Positions 24,796-37,119 of a stretch of 59,297 nucleotides of DNA are shown here, piece by piece. A program made the translations under genes and the position numbers. Numbering within the stretch: the stretch's first letter is position 1; each line of letters opens with the position of its first letter. Where the stretch lies: contig NC_058130.1 of NCBI RefSeq assembly GCF_016433145.1, positions 769,627,442 through 769,686,738 of the forward strand, in the 5' to 3' direction. The notes beneath the pieces were generated by a model. The model saw only the letters and a list, made by a program, of their open reading frames with translations, was not told where the DNA came from and made no database searches. Origin of the DNA: Gracilinanus agilis. Its lineage: Eukaryota.

Positions 24796-24801
24796 AATAA
24801 A
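24796..24801 (+). terminator. Distal AATAAA poly(A) signal candidate for USP30 (other candidates at 24112, 24612 and 24696)
   Basis: AATAAA followed by a T-rich stretch. Confidence 0.55.
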
Positions 24802-24858
24802 TCAACACGTGCGGCTTCATTCTTTTTTAAAGTTTCCATTCTAGGTTGGCTACTGTGC

Positions 24859-24864
24859 TTTATT
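24859..24864 (-). terminator. AATAAA poly(A) signal of ALKBH2
   Basis: TTTATT on the + strand, ~115 nt downstream of the ALKBH2 stop. Confidence 0.65.
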
Positions 24865-24978
24865 TCACATACAGTTAACAGTCTGAAAAGTCAATTTACC
24901 CTTTTTGACACGGAACTGTAAGGAAAATTGATTTTTCAGTCAAAAAGATCAAGACTTGATGAGCGTTAAGAGAAGCAC

Positions 24979-25285
24979 TTATCTTTTAGAGAAGACAATG
25001 TTACGGAATGTCAGATTGACCCGGGGAGCCAGGATCCCTTTCCTGACGGGGAGACTATGGTACCAGTGGATGTTGGTGGGGTGGTTCATCATGAGGAGGC
25101 TCCCGTGGGCCAGCTGCAGCTTCACCACCTCCACGGGCCGGGAGGGCTCCTTCCCCCGGGAATCTCTGTGCCGAAAGAAGAAGTCTCGGCAGGCTCCGAA
25201 GGAGACGGAGGCGATGGGACTCTTGGGAGCCAGTTCTCGCTCGTCATCGCGGTGCTCACCAATGTGATCGCAGCCGTCTTTGTAT
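24979..25285 (-). CDS. ALKBH2: ALKBH2 last coding exon (H171-x-D173, H236, R248, R254; stop TAA)
   Basis: cag|A TAC AAA GAC...; 307 nt; DHIGEHRDDE...HWYHSLPVRKGILAPRVNLTFR. Confidence 0.98.
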
Positions 25286-25941
25286 CTGCAGGGGGAAGAC
25301 GGCCCACTGTTTGAGTGCTGTCAGAGGCTCCCCAGGCGCAGGGCCAAAGTGCCTGGGGATTGGAGAGGCAGCACCGGCTGTGACTTTGGAGTCACTCCGG
25401 ACCGGGTTCAAGGGGCCCTCCTACTTAGAACTACCTCCGTGTTCTCAGGCAAAGCCCTTCCCCTCGGGGCCTCAGTTTTCTCACCTACAAAATGGGGCTT
25501 GGAGGGGGGAGAATGGATGGGTCAACCAGATAATTTCTCAAAAGCAGATCTTTAGTTCTAGAAATTAGCCAAGTCAGAAAAATGTCAACTTTTCTTTATT
25601 CTGCCCAGGGCTATTGGAAAAAGGTGACATTCCCGCCCCCACCCCCACTCCCAGTTTCCTAAAGCTCAGCTGTTTAGGGCCAAAAGGGAGCTTAGAAATT
25701 GGCTGGGAAATTCCCGTCAGCAAGTGAAATAATTTGTGCGAGGCCTGTCAGTTGACACCTATGAAGCACTCCTGTGTGCTGGGCTAAGCAAAGAGAAAAA
25801 GAAACAAAGGTGAGAGAAGTCCCTGCTCTCCAGGAGCTCCCAGCAATAAGGAGAGGGAGAGGAGATTGGGAAGGGCTCCGCCTCTCCTAGCCGGGCTAGG
25901 GTCCTGGGACCCCCAAAAAGCGGCCCACCATTTCCTGTTAC

Positions 25942-26140
25942 CTGTTGATAAGCACAAAATTGAAGGCGTGCCCGGTCACGTCGGTCACACGGTCTCGAAT
26001 GTGCTCCAGGACTGGGATCCAGGGCTTTGGAGACAGGGTGAGGCCCGCAAAGGTGTAGGTCAGCCCCTCGTCCCCGTAAGTGGCCTGCTTCCTCGGGATC
26101 CGGTGCCACTTCCCATACACGTGCACTCTGGAAAGATCGC
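25942..26140 (-). CDS. ALKBH2: ALKBH2 middle coding exon (DLSRVHVYGKWHRIPRKQATYG...FNFVLINR)
   Basis: ggcag|GC...AACAG|gtaaca; 199 nt. Confidence 0.98.
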
Positions 26141-28415
26141 CTGCCGAAAGAAAGCTCCATTGCATCAGTGCCCAAGAATTTGTTTCTGCGGCTCCCCCTA
26201 GGATGGAAGCGGGCAGCCCACCCGAGTATCGGAGCCCGGGGGCCGGCCCTAGCCCTTGGGACTTGGGGAAGAGCCAGCTGCTGATGCCTGCTGGAAACGA
26301 GATGGTGCTCGGTGCCATCCCAAAGAGAGGAAGGCTGTGCCAAAAACGATGCCAGGAGAGCATGAGGCTAGAGGTACATGGAGAGGGCGAAGGAAACGCT
26401 GGTCATTCAGCCTCTGCTCTGGCCCCTTCCTTTACCCTGGGACCCCGCTAAGTCCCACTGCTGCTTGTCCTGGCCTCTCTGGTCAGGCCAAACACGTGTA
26501 ATCCCTCCAAGTGTTCAGAAAGACTGCCATTAGGTGAATGTGGCAATAACAGGAACAAACTCTGGGAAGCAGTGTAAGGCCGACAAGGGGCTTACCTCAA
26601 ACCTAGGAAGAAAGCAGGCAAAATCACCCGTAGCTTTGTTTCCCATTTTATAGATGAGGAAACGGAGGATTTGGGGGGAGATTGAGTGACTATCTGACCT
26701 GGAATAAGGAAATATCTCAAATATCAACTAGGGCAAGTCACTCGAGCTCCCCGGCCCTCCGTCTCCCAGCTGTACGATGGGGACTGCCTCCTTCATAGAG
26801 GGGTTGTGAGGAAATCCTACCCTGCAGGGCTACAGACTCCTGCATCGTCACTGCTACCATCAGAACACAGATCAGAACCTGGGTCAAGTCCAGCAGCCTC
26901 CACTCTGCTACATAACTGCTTAAACCACTGGAACGGGGCAGGGATTTCTCTCCACAGCCGGCCAGCCAAGCTCAAGAAGCCCGCCATGGTGTGGAGGTAG
27001 TGGCCTAGGCATGGAGCCAGCCCTGAAACTGGGCGACCTGGCCCCACCGACAGCCCGGGACGACTCACCGCAGAGAGACTCCTCCTTGGGGTCCCCTTCG
27101 CCAGGCAAGGGGCCCGGCCTCCCTCCGGCTCCAGGAGCCATTGGCCAAGGGCCCCCTTCTCCCGTGTGGGCGCGCTACATGGGGCAGCGCTCTGACACGA
27201 GAAGGGCCCTGGCTCTGCTCTCAAGTTCATTCAGTCCCATTTCTGCTCACTCAATCACTAATTAAGCATCTCGGGTGCTTCCCAGCTGGGTGACCCTGGG
27301 CAAGTCACTTAAGCCCATCCCCTCACTCTTGGCCTTCTGCCTTAGAGCTGATAGTGAGGGGTGCAGAAGGAGATGGCTACTCCCCTACCCTGCCGGGCTG
27401 AATCGGGAGCCCAGCAGGGCCCTAAAGAGGTCCAAAAAGGGTCGCTGTCCCAACGGCTCAGCATGGCAGCCGCCCACTCCTGGGCCCACCACAGCCAGGG
27501 CTTCAAGGGGAAGCGCATAGTCCCTCGTCATGGGAGAAGCCTGGCAGCTCCAAGACAAGGGCCCCGACACTGCCGGCAGACAGGGTTCCGCTCAAAGCAA
27601 ACCCTCGGTGACTGCGAAAGCTGCTGCGAATGGCAAGGAGGGAGCTTTGGCTATTGGAGACAGAGCCAGAAGTCAGAGCTGGGAGAGGCCTTAGAATAAG
27701 GCATCTGAGCCAGGAGGGGACTTGGAAGCTTCAGGGCCTGCTCCCTTGTTTTATAAGAGGAAGAATGGGAGCAGGAGGGGTCACCAGAGGCCTGGCAGAG
27801 AAGCTGGCCCCCGGGGCTTCTGGGGAGGGCAGGACCTGTGTGTGTCCTCCAGGCAGACACCCCAAGGGGCCTGGAGAAAGATGCAAAGAAAGAGCCGCTT
27901 TGGGTCAGGGGAGACCTTTGGGTCAGGGGAGACCTCGTGCCCCTTGTGGGAGTGACTGAACAAAATGGCCTGTAACTGTGCTTTAAGAAATCACAGCAAG
28001 GACAGGCCAGCCTGGGAAACGGGGAGCCTGGGAAGCCCTGATGCAGTGAAGTGAGCAGAACTGGAACAAGGTGGGCAGTCCATACCACGCTGCAAGGGAG
28101 CCCAAGACCCTCCTCAGGAGGGCCAGGCTGGGACTAGAGTTCCATGACTAAAGTCTTGGGATGGCTGCTTTTAGAGCCCTTTGTGCTCTGACTTCTGAAA
28201 AAAAGGTTTTACTTCCCAGCACAGAATGGTTCTTATTAAACCCACTGCATGCACCTTGGGGAAAACGCCAAAACCTGGAGCTGGGCAGACTTTAGAAAGT
28301 GATGCAGTGATGCTAGCAGGGCCCCAAGACCTCCAGGAATGGGGGGGGGGGGTCTTCAGCAGGGGCCAACACAAAGGCAGCCAGCCGCCCCCCCCCCCCC
28401 AGGTTCAATGCTCAC

Positions 28416-28695
28416 CTTCAAAATATTCCACTTCTTTTTCCAGGGTCTGCAGCAGGGTGTCCGCCTCCTCCCGGCTGAATAGGACTGTATAGTCACAGTC
28501 CAGGCTCTCGGCCTGAATCTTCTGCCAGTGGTAGCCCTCAGCCAAGTTGCTGTCTGTCTCTGCCTTCTCGGTCCGGGGTCTCTTCTTCCTGCTTTCCTCT
28601 TCTTCCTCCTGGGAGGCGTCGTCGCCTTTCTCCGGCTCCTCTTTACCTTCTTCTAAAGGACACCTCTCTGTCTTCTTTGCCGCTACCCTCTCCAT
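28416..28695 (-). CDS. ALKBH2: ALKBH2 first coding exon (MERVAAKK...LEKEVEYFE)
   Basis: ATG 28695-28693; GAAG|gtgag donor; 280 nt; upstream acceptor ttccag at 28711-28706. Total CDS 786 nt = 261 aa. Confidence 0.95.
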
Positions 28696-30009
28696 CTGCT
28701 ATGCTCTGGAAGGGACCCAGGAGTAGGGAGGCCCGACAGAAATGGGGAGAAGCTTCCAGGTGCCTCTCTGTTGGCAACTGCCTAGGGGAGAGGGAGGCAG
28801 GTTGAGAAAAGACTCCCCCCCCCCCATAGAATCCTACAGGATAGTCTCGTGGAGGTAAAGACCTGGAGCCTGAGGGTGGGGGGACATCAACTGGGGACTG
28901 GCAGGGCAGATTATGGGGCAGAAACGTATGTTACTGCTTTTGGGGAGGATCTCGGTGGCCATCCAGGCCAACTTCACCACGAAAGGAACCCCCAGCTATG
29001 CCATGCTGGACAAGGGTCGTGCAGATGCTCCCAAAAGACCGAACCCCATTCTGCCACCCCGAATGGAAGTCTAACGAGGCTCTCTTCCGAGGCAGCCCAG
29101 GATGGCATTCGCTTTGGGGGCTGCCCGTTCTGGAGTTGGGCTTTTCTTAACCTTTCGTGTCCCGGCCCCTTGGGCAGGCAGGCAGAAACCCAAGGACCCC
29201 TTCTCAGTAGGAAAGCAAGTACTTTGTGGGATCACATCAAACAGTTCCCAGGATGTCCTCACAACGCATCTGGGCCCCAGGGGTAGAGCCCCTGCTCAAA
29301 GGAACCAGGGAATGGGGGGGTCAGAATGGAATTTGGAGATCACCTAGTCCAACCCGTGAACCTCCCCCCTTTTACAGATGGAGAAAGTGAGGCACGAGGG
29401 GTACTGACTTGCCCACAGAGGCTGTTCAGAGCTAAGAAGTCAGACCTTAAAATTAGAAACCAGGTTATACAGCTAATGGACTCGAAGAGACCCCAGTGGA
29501 CCCCACCCCAGACACTTACTAGTTGTGTGCCTTGGCCAGGGCAAGTCAATTAGCCTCTGCCTCAGTTTCCTTGTCTGTCCAGCAGGGATAATGCTATTAC
29601 CTACCTTCCAAGGTTGCTATGAAGATCAAATGAAATCCTTTTGGAGGGCTCTGCAAACCTTAACGCACTACAGAAACGCTTTTATTAGGTATTTTTACCA
29701 ATTCTCCAGTTCAGAACCAAGGTTCTCCCTCTGGACTTGGGGTCTTTAGGGAGGGCAGAACGGTTTGCTGCCGTGTAATTAGAATCTCAAAGCAGCCAAG
29801 GCAGGGTGATTATTCAAACTCTAAGCATAAGAAAACACCCACAGAACCCTGGGATCAAAGAAAGAAAGCCTGGGCATACCAGAGTGCAGCTCGGCCAGGG
29901 GCCTTGGGGGGCTCTTTAAAGCCCAGCTGCACCCCAGATCTGCCTCCCCTCCCCCGAGAGCCCCAATCCCGTCCGTCCCCCACCTCCCACCGATCCAGAA
30001 AACGCTCAC

Positions 30010-30060
30010 CCAGGATGCAGTCGCTACTTCCGGGTGGATTTCAGCTGCAATCCCCCCTCC
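30010..30060 (-). promoter_or_regulatory. ALKBH2: Probable non-coding first exon and core promoter of ALKBH2
   Basis: Minus-strand donor CTGG|gtgagc at 30010/30009, ETS/GABP motif CCGGAAGT at 30033-30026, local CpG enrichment. 5' end uncertain. Confidence 0.55.
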
Positions 30061-30219
30061 TCTGGCTGTGAGGCCAGCAGTGAGTCCTACAGGGATGGCT
30101 GCATCAGAATACTGGTAGCAAAGCACTCGGGCTCCCCTTACCCATTCTAGGGGGAAGTGCACCATGGATTTCTATTGTCTAAGCGATGGGGAGAGAAGAA
30201 CCCGAGCTAGGCCAGCCCC

Positions 30220-30930
30220 AGGGTCTTTTCCAGGGGAGACCCAGGGCGGCCATAAAGAAGGCTCCCTTACTCCATCCGTGCCTGCCAACCCAACCACCAA
30301 CGGATCCTTTTATAGAGCTAGAAAAAACCTGACAGTTCATGTGGAAGAACAAAAGGTGCCGAATATTAAGAGAATCAGTGAAAAAACCTGAAGGAGGGGG
30401 CCTCGCTGTACCCGATCCCAACTATCACAAAGCAGCGATCAGCAGAACAATTCACCTGGCCCAGAAATCCCAGGGATGGCCGCCCGCCTGCCCGCCCACC
30501 CGGGAACAGATCAGGTACACGATGTGCCCCATGTATGGCGTGGGCAGCGAATGACCCACAGGAGCCCAGCCTGGCAAAAACGGATGGGAAATCTGGAAAG
30601 CAGCGTGGCACAAACGAGGCACAGGGACCAAGACAGGGTGGAAACACAAAAGGGCGAGCAGTCGGGTCTGTGGCTAATGGAAGAGTGGCCGGCCAAAGCA
30701 GGGCATGTAAGCTGGACCACCAGCACAAAGCCAACGCAGTCACCATTGGAAGAAAAGCAGAAAGTGGGGAAAAGATCGAAGACAGCTTTCTCTGCTAAAG
30801 AACTGGGCTGAAAGACCCGAAGCTGATGAGTGGTCAAAGGATGCAGTTCTCAGAGGCAGACATTAAAAACACCAGTCAGGTGGAAAAATGCCCCCAATCA
30901 CTCTGGTTACAGAAATCCAAATGAAACCCC
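30220..30930 (+). mobile_element. L1 ORF2 3' relic, internally deleted and GC-enriched
   Basis: ttttatagagctagaaaaa...tggaagaacaaaagg...ggcct.gctgtacc.gat; gcagttctcagagg...gaaaaatgc...aatcact...agaaat.caaat.aaa follow marsupial L1 ORF2 text in order. Confidence 0.75.
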
Positions 30931-33900
30931 CAGTGGACCCCCCCCCCACCCCGGCCCCTCTTGGATGGGCTCACAGACAGAAGGGAATGATGTTGGGGGG
31001 AGGGTGGGAAGATTGGGGCACCCATGCCCACGCCCCGTCCAGCCATACTGGAGACCAGTCAGGAAAGGGGCTAAGGGCCGTCAGGGCGTGCGCGCCTTTG
31101 TCCTAGAGCTCCCGAGGTCTCCCAGGGAGGTGGCAGGAAAGAGAAGCCGCCAGAATATGCCTTTGGGGTGGCACAGCTGGAAAAGGGAGGAGGGCTGGCT
31201 CCGGGGAAGAGCCTTCCCAGGAGCACCGGACCCAGGGGCAGCCCTGCTGGGTCAGCGCTGCTGCCAGTGACTCAGCTCTTCTCCCAGACCCGAGGAGGAG
31301 CCGCTGCAGTCTGAATGCGGAGTCTGGGGGTCTGTCTGTCTGGCCAGGAAACCTGTTCTGTACGACTCTGGAGAATCAAAGGGCCGGCACTCTCTAGGAG
31401 GGAGCCCCCAAAATAATAAAAAAATGAATGTAAGACATTGTTTTTACACATAAGTGAGAAAAAAAGATAAAAACCTTCCAGAAAAAGGGAGGAACCAAGT
31501 CATTTCCTCAAGGGTATGTAGGGAGCAAGTGGAAAGCCTGCATTCAAACCCAGACACCAGGGTTAGCACCCCAGGCTGGGCTGGAGGGTCCCTAAAGGCC
31601 CCCCCCCCCCCATCATTTGACAGTTGAGGTAGTAAATGGCAAAGGCAGGATTCAAAGTGAGATCACAGGACGATGGGGCCACAGATTGGGGGATAGAGGA
31701 GGGACTACTGGAGCTGGAGAAACTGAGGCCCAGACAGCCTAGTTCCTGAGAGAGCCAGGCTCTGGCCCCTGCCAGCCCCCAGTGCTCTCCCTATCCAGGG
31801 GCTGGCCAGGCCTAGGTGACAGGATCTTAGGCTGGAAGAGGCACTAGTTGGGCAGTAGGCATTGATTAAGCACTGACTGTGTGCCAGACACTGGAGTGTG
31901 GGGGCAGGACCCGAGTTCCCCGACATCACAGAAGGACTAGGAGCTGGGGTGCCAGGGTCTGGGGGCACAGCCTTTGCCTTCCAGGAGGTAAAGGCCTGGG
32001 GGGTGGAGAGCCTGACCTAAGGAAGGGGGCTGGATCAGGAAAGACCTCCTGGGGACAGCCCCTCACCTGAGCCTGAAGGGTGGGAGCCTCTTCAGTCCAA
32101 GGGGAAGATGCTATCAGTTAGGAAGGGCAGATTTAGGAAGCCTGTGCCAGGCACCATGAATACAAAGAACTGAAGCAGCCCTCCTAGGAGGAGACAACAC
32201 AAGAGGAGATTTGGTGGGTGGAGGGGATTAATGAGGGGAGGGAGGGCATTCTAGGCAAGAGGCACAGCCTGGGGAAAGGCATGGAGAGCAAATCTGGTTG
32301 GAATGCAGAGGGGAAGGAATGGGAAACCCCTCCAGGACACATTTTTGGGGCAGTCTGGTGAAGCCCTAGAACCTCCCATAGCACAAAATCAGAGAGAATT
32401 ACAAAGGAAACCAAGACACTTGTGAGGGCTCAGAATCCTTGCTTTAGAAATAGAAGCTCACAGGCCTGGAGATGGGGGGTGGGGAGGTCCTGGGCTCCAA
32501 TCTGACCCAGCCCTTGCTGCTTTTCTGTCTTAGAATTAATACTAAACAGGGTTTAAAAAAGAAAAAGAAGCCACATCCAGGCTGTTTCTTGAGCAGAGGG
32601 GCACAGCCAGGCAGGGGGTTTAGGAAGATGCTGGCCTCTAGACAGACCAGAGAGGAGGCTCTCCCAGGAGAGAGGGGACTAGGCCCTGGCTCAAAGGGCA
32701 CAAGCTGTTTTCTTTTCTCTGTGACCTAAAGGGAGGCCCCAGGGATGGTGCCCTGCTCCCCCCCTCTTCAGTGCCCCCCTGGGCTTCACTGAGAGCCTCC
32801 GGCTTTACCCCAGGTTCCTGGCCCATCACCCGGCTCCCACGTCATCATCCCCCGCTTTGTACCACCGAAATGGTCTCCCAGTGAGTCTCTCCTCAATGTA
32901 CCCTACGTGACCCCTGACATGGCCGGCCACGGATGGGTGCAGGGACCCATGATGTTCCTTCCTGTAATGTTCTATGGCTGGGAACCAGGGAACACTGTGA
33001 TCCTGAGGGGGCCACCAGCACAGGTGGCTCAAAGGGCAGTGAAAGCCTAAACTGACCACAGTGGATGGAATGCCAAGCAAGATACCATCAAGGACACGGG
33101 GGTGGACAATGAAGGGCCAGAGACAAAGAAGAGGCTCCATGGAATGAGAGGGGCCATGGATGAGCAGCCTGCATGGGATGAGGGGGGCTGAGAATAGGGC
33201 AAGTATGGGTAGCCCCCCAAGCCCAGGGCATCTCAAAGCCCAGGGAGGAGGGCAGGGAGCCAACAAGCATTTATATTCAGTGTCTACCAAGGGGATTCCA
33301 AAGCAAAGCCAAAGCCAATCCCTGCCCTCAGGGAGCTTAAGCCAATAGAAGAGGATTAGGGAATAAGGGTAGTGGGGGGGGGGGGGGGAAGAGAAAGAGG
33401 GCTGAACGTGGCTAACAGGTCCAGGGAGGCAGGAAGGAAGGGAGGCAAAAGGCTTGGGGAGAAGGTGGGAAGCCTAGGGGCAGAGGGGACAAGGGTAGAA
33501 TTCCAGGAAACAGAGATCAGGAGCACCAAAGCTCAGGCACAGCATGCTGGGTAAGAATGGGCCAGGCCAGAGTCACTGGACTGAGAAGCCAGGAAAGATA
33601 GAAGGGACCAGGCTAGGTGGAGCTTCAAAAGCTAAACAAAGGATCTGATCCTGGAGATAAGTTTATGGAATAGGAGGCTGGATAGAGCTCCAGGCCTGGA
33701 ATCAGGAAGGTTCAAATCTGACCTCAGACACATCCTAGCTGTGTGACCTAGACAAGTCACATCACCCTGTTGGTCTCAGTTTCCTCATCTGTCACATGAG
33801 CTGAAGAAGGAAATGGCCAACTACTTCGGTATCTGTGCCAGGAACACCCCCAGTGGGGCCATTGAATTATCAGAAAAAACTGAGCAGCAACAACAAAGGG

Positions 33901-34763
33901 TCAGATCTGCTGGGAGGATGACCCATGGGGTGGGAGCCTGCTGCCGGAGGATGGTGTCCTCCACAGCAATGGGGAAGTTAGGGGAGAGTGTGAGGAGAAA
34001 GTCCTGTTGGACTTGGGAATGCCCAAACGCTGTTGGTTTCTTCAGACTTCAGGTCCAAGATGCTGGGTTGGGGAACCTTCCTCTAAGGGTTTTCTTCTCC
34101 ATTAAAACTGCTTTTTGTCTTGGAATTCCTTGTAATTAAAAGCTCAGGACAACAAAACGCATTAAAAAAAAACAAAACCGTACTTTCTTTTTTCCTTTTC
34201 TTTTCTTGTCTTGCCCTAAGACAGAAGAGGGGCAAGAGCTACACAAAAGGGGCTTGCCCAAGGTCACACAGCAAGGGAAGTACTAAGGTCACATTTGAAC
34301 CTAGAACCTCCAGTCTCCAGACCTGTCATTCTTTCTGTTCAGCCACCAAACTGCCCTAAGAAAACTCATTTTAAAGAAACCGATTTCCCTAAAGAGCTTA
34401 ATGAATCACATCTATTTTTGGATTATAATCCCCTGAGGCCAGGAATTACCTTTTGTCACTTAAAAAATGTTTATGGAGGGCCCAAGTTAGACAAATTGTG
34501 TGACCTTGGATAGGTCATTTAACTCTCAATGCCCATCATTTCCCCAGTAGAGCTTCTATTCAGGTCTCCTGAGGGCCTGGGCAAGCTCCTGAGCTAAGCA
34601 AGCCTTTCTAGCAAGACCTCATAATCCTCTCCTACAAATCCTTATACCCAACTCCCCTTGCCCTTTCTTTTCTAGATGCTCCTTTCCGCCCGAGTCTAAC
34701 CATGCCTCCTCCACTTGTATCCAAGGCAGGGGCCTGGGGAAGGCTTTACATTTGTTGAGAAGT

Positions 34764-34950
34764 GGGGCAGCTGGGTGTCTCAGTGGATAGAGCCAGTCTG
34801 GAGAATGGAAGTCCTGGGTTCCAATCTGGCCTCAGATACTTCCTAGCTGTGTGACCCTGGGCAAGTCCATTCACCCCCATTGCCTAACCCTTACTGCTCT
34901 TCTGCCTTGGAACCATGCACACAACGTTGATTCTAAGATGGAAGGTAATG
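34764..34950 (+). mobile_element. Marsupial SINE
   Basis: ggggcagctgggtgtctcagtggatag...gattctaagatggaaggt. Confidence 0.8.
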
Positions 34951-37119
34951 ATTAAAAATTTTGATTAGGAGGTCTGTTGAGCAGTGAGTGATGAGTTACT
35001 TTCTAAAATCCTTCAATGGATTTCCTTCCCCGCCTCATGGACCAGCGACTCTGTCCTTATGGGGAGTCTCTCCACAGCAATAGCTCCCACACCTCTAAAT
35101 GGCCCCCAAGGAGGCGGAGCTCCCACCCATGCAGAGAGCGCAGACCCAGGAGGAGAGTGGGTGCTCTTCCCCTCCAATGAATGGGGTCCCATGAGAGTTA
35201 AGAATGAATTATGATGCAGAGAAACCTGGTTCGACTTGCAGGAAAAGATGCAGCTTCCCTTGTGAAAATGATGCAAAGGCAACCAGTCCCGAAGGACTTG
35301 AGAATTCGGATGAGACAGTGGCCAGCCAGGACTTCTGGAGGGAGGGCTGAGGAATAAGCAAGTGTGGAAACATTTAAAGCCTTTTTATTAGGAAAATTCA
35401 AAAGGAATGATCCTGCGCATCTAGAGCCCTGGCCTTGGCCTTAGTGCAGGACTTCTGGAAGGCAGGACACGAGGCATTTCTTAGGGAAAGAAGGGAGACA
35501 ATAAACTCCAGGCTAGTTTGAAGGAAAGCGTTCTGGGGAGTTAATGTCCATGTCAGTGGGGTTCTCTTGAAGATCTGTGCTCTGGAGAAGCCCCACAAAG
35601 GCCTCAGGAGTGTCTCCCCAAGGCTAGCCTATTGGAGGGACCTCCCAGGACTTGGTAGGTGGCAGGCAGGCAGACAGAACGAGCCTCGAGGAATCTCAGA
35701 CCCTTGGTGGTGGATGTGGTTCAGTCCTGTCCAGGCTCTTGGGGACTCCATGGACCACAGCTAACCGCGGGGTTTTCTGGGCAAGGATGCTTGTGGTTTG
35801 CCATTTCCTTCTCCAGTGGATCCTTTTATCAGGCAATCAGAGGTTAAGTGACTTGCCCAAGATCACAGCCAGGAAATGTCTGGGGATGGATTTGAACTTG
35901 GGTCTTCCTGACTTCAGGTCCAGTGCTTCCTCCCTCCCCCCCAACCCTTACCTTCCATCTTAAAATCAATACTGTGTATTGGTTCTAAGGCAGAAGAGTG
36001 GTAAGAGCCGGGCAGTGGGGTTAAGTGACTTGCCCAGGGCCACATTTGAATCCAGGACCCTCCATCTCCAGGCTCTCTCCACTGAGCCACCCAGCAGTGT
36101 TCTTAACCACTGAGCTCCAGCTGACTCTGGGTAAGATAACCCATTATCCCTCCAGGGTTCTAGGAGAAGGTGACTGATGTCCCATAAGCCCCCCTCAGGC
36201 TCAGAGACAAAGATGTAGAGAGATGTCTCTCACAATAAGGTTCTACCAACCCTTAGTGCCCTAACCCAAAGACCTTTCCTCAGCAGGAGCTGAGAACAGA
36301 GAATGCCAGAGCTCCAAGGAACCTGACAAGAAAACTTGAGGCCAGAACAAAGGCTGTCAGAAACTATGTCAGAGATCTAGGAGGGCCCTCAAAAGGCCAG
36401 GAGCCTGGACCCCTGACAGGGGCAGGGGGGAGGGGGGCTGGGCCTGAAGAACTGAGATCTCTTCCAACTGGCAATCTAGGCTCCCTGGATGACTTCCTAG
36501 AGTTCGACCCTTATTATCAGGGAATCAGTTCTTACCAATAATTATCAATGAATGCAGCCTGGAAATTTCCTGAATGGCTCAAAAAGCTTAGGTGGGGCTC
36601 CTACATTTACTAAGGAAGGACAGAGGGACAAACTGCCACAGGTCCAGAGGGAGCAGGTGATGGAGGATTCTGGAGACCCAGAAGACAAGGCTTGAATTTG
36701 GTGGGGAGTCACAAAGAAGCGCTTGCCCTCAGAAGGCAGGGCTAGAGCATCTCTGATCTCTCAGGTCCCTTCCAATTCTTCCATCCTGTGTACCTTTGAT
36801 GTCAGGGGAGCTGGGAAAAACCTCAGAGGTCACCCTCCTCACCTTAGAGAGCAAACCTGAGGCTCATATGGACTGGAATGGCCAAGCTTCTCTGCCTGGC
36901 GAGCCCAGGACCTGCAGACCCTTTCTCCCATTTAGAGGGAATGGTGGTTAGTGAATGGTCCTGGTCCCTGAACTGTAGAGCAGCACAGGTCAGTAGAGGC
37001 CATTGGTGGGACATCTTGGTTGGACAGAGAGCGCACTGGGTCTCTAGAGAACCATTACTTTGTAAGTTCCTCAAGGGCCTCCAGGACTTACAGCTATATC
37101 TGGTGCATAATAAATGATT

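Noticed and set aside
30375-30837. Four overlapping ORFs on both strands suggesting a hidden gene
   Set aside because: Explained by a GC-enriched L1 ORF2 relic; none resembles a known protein.
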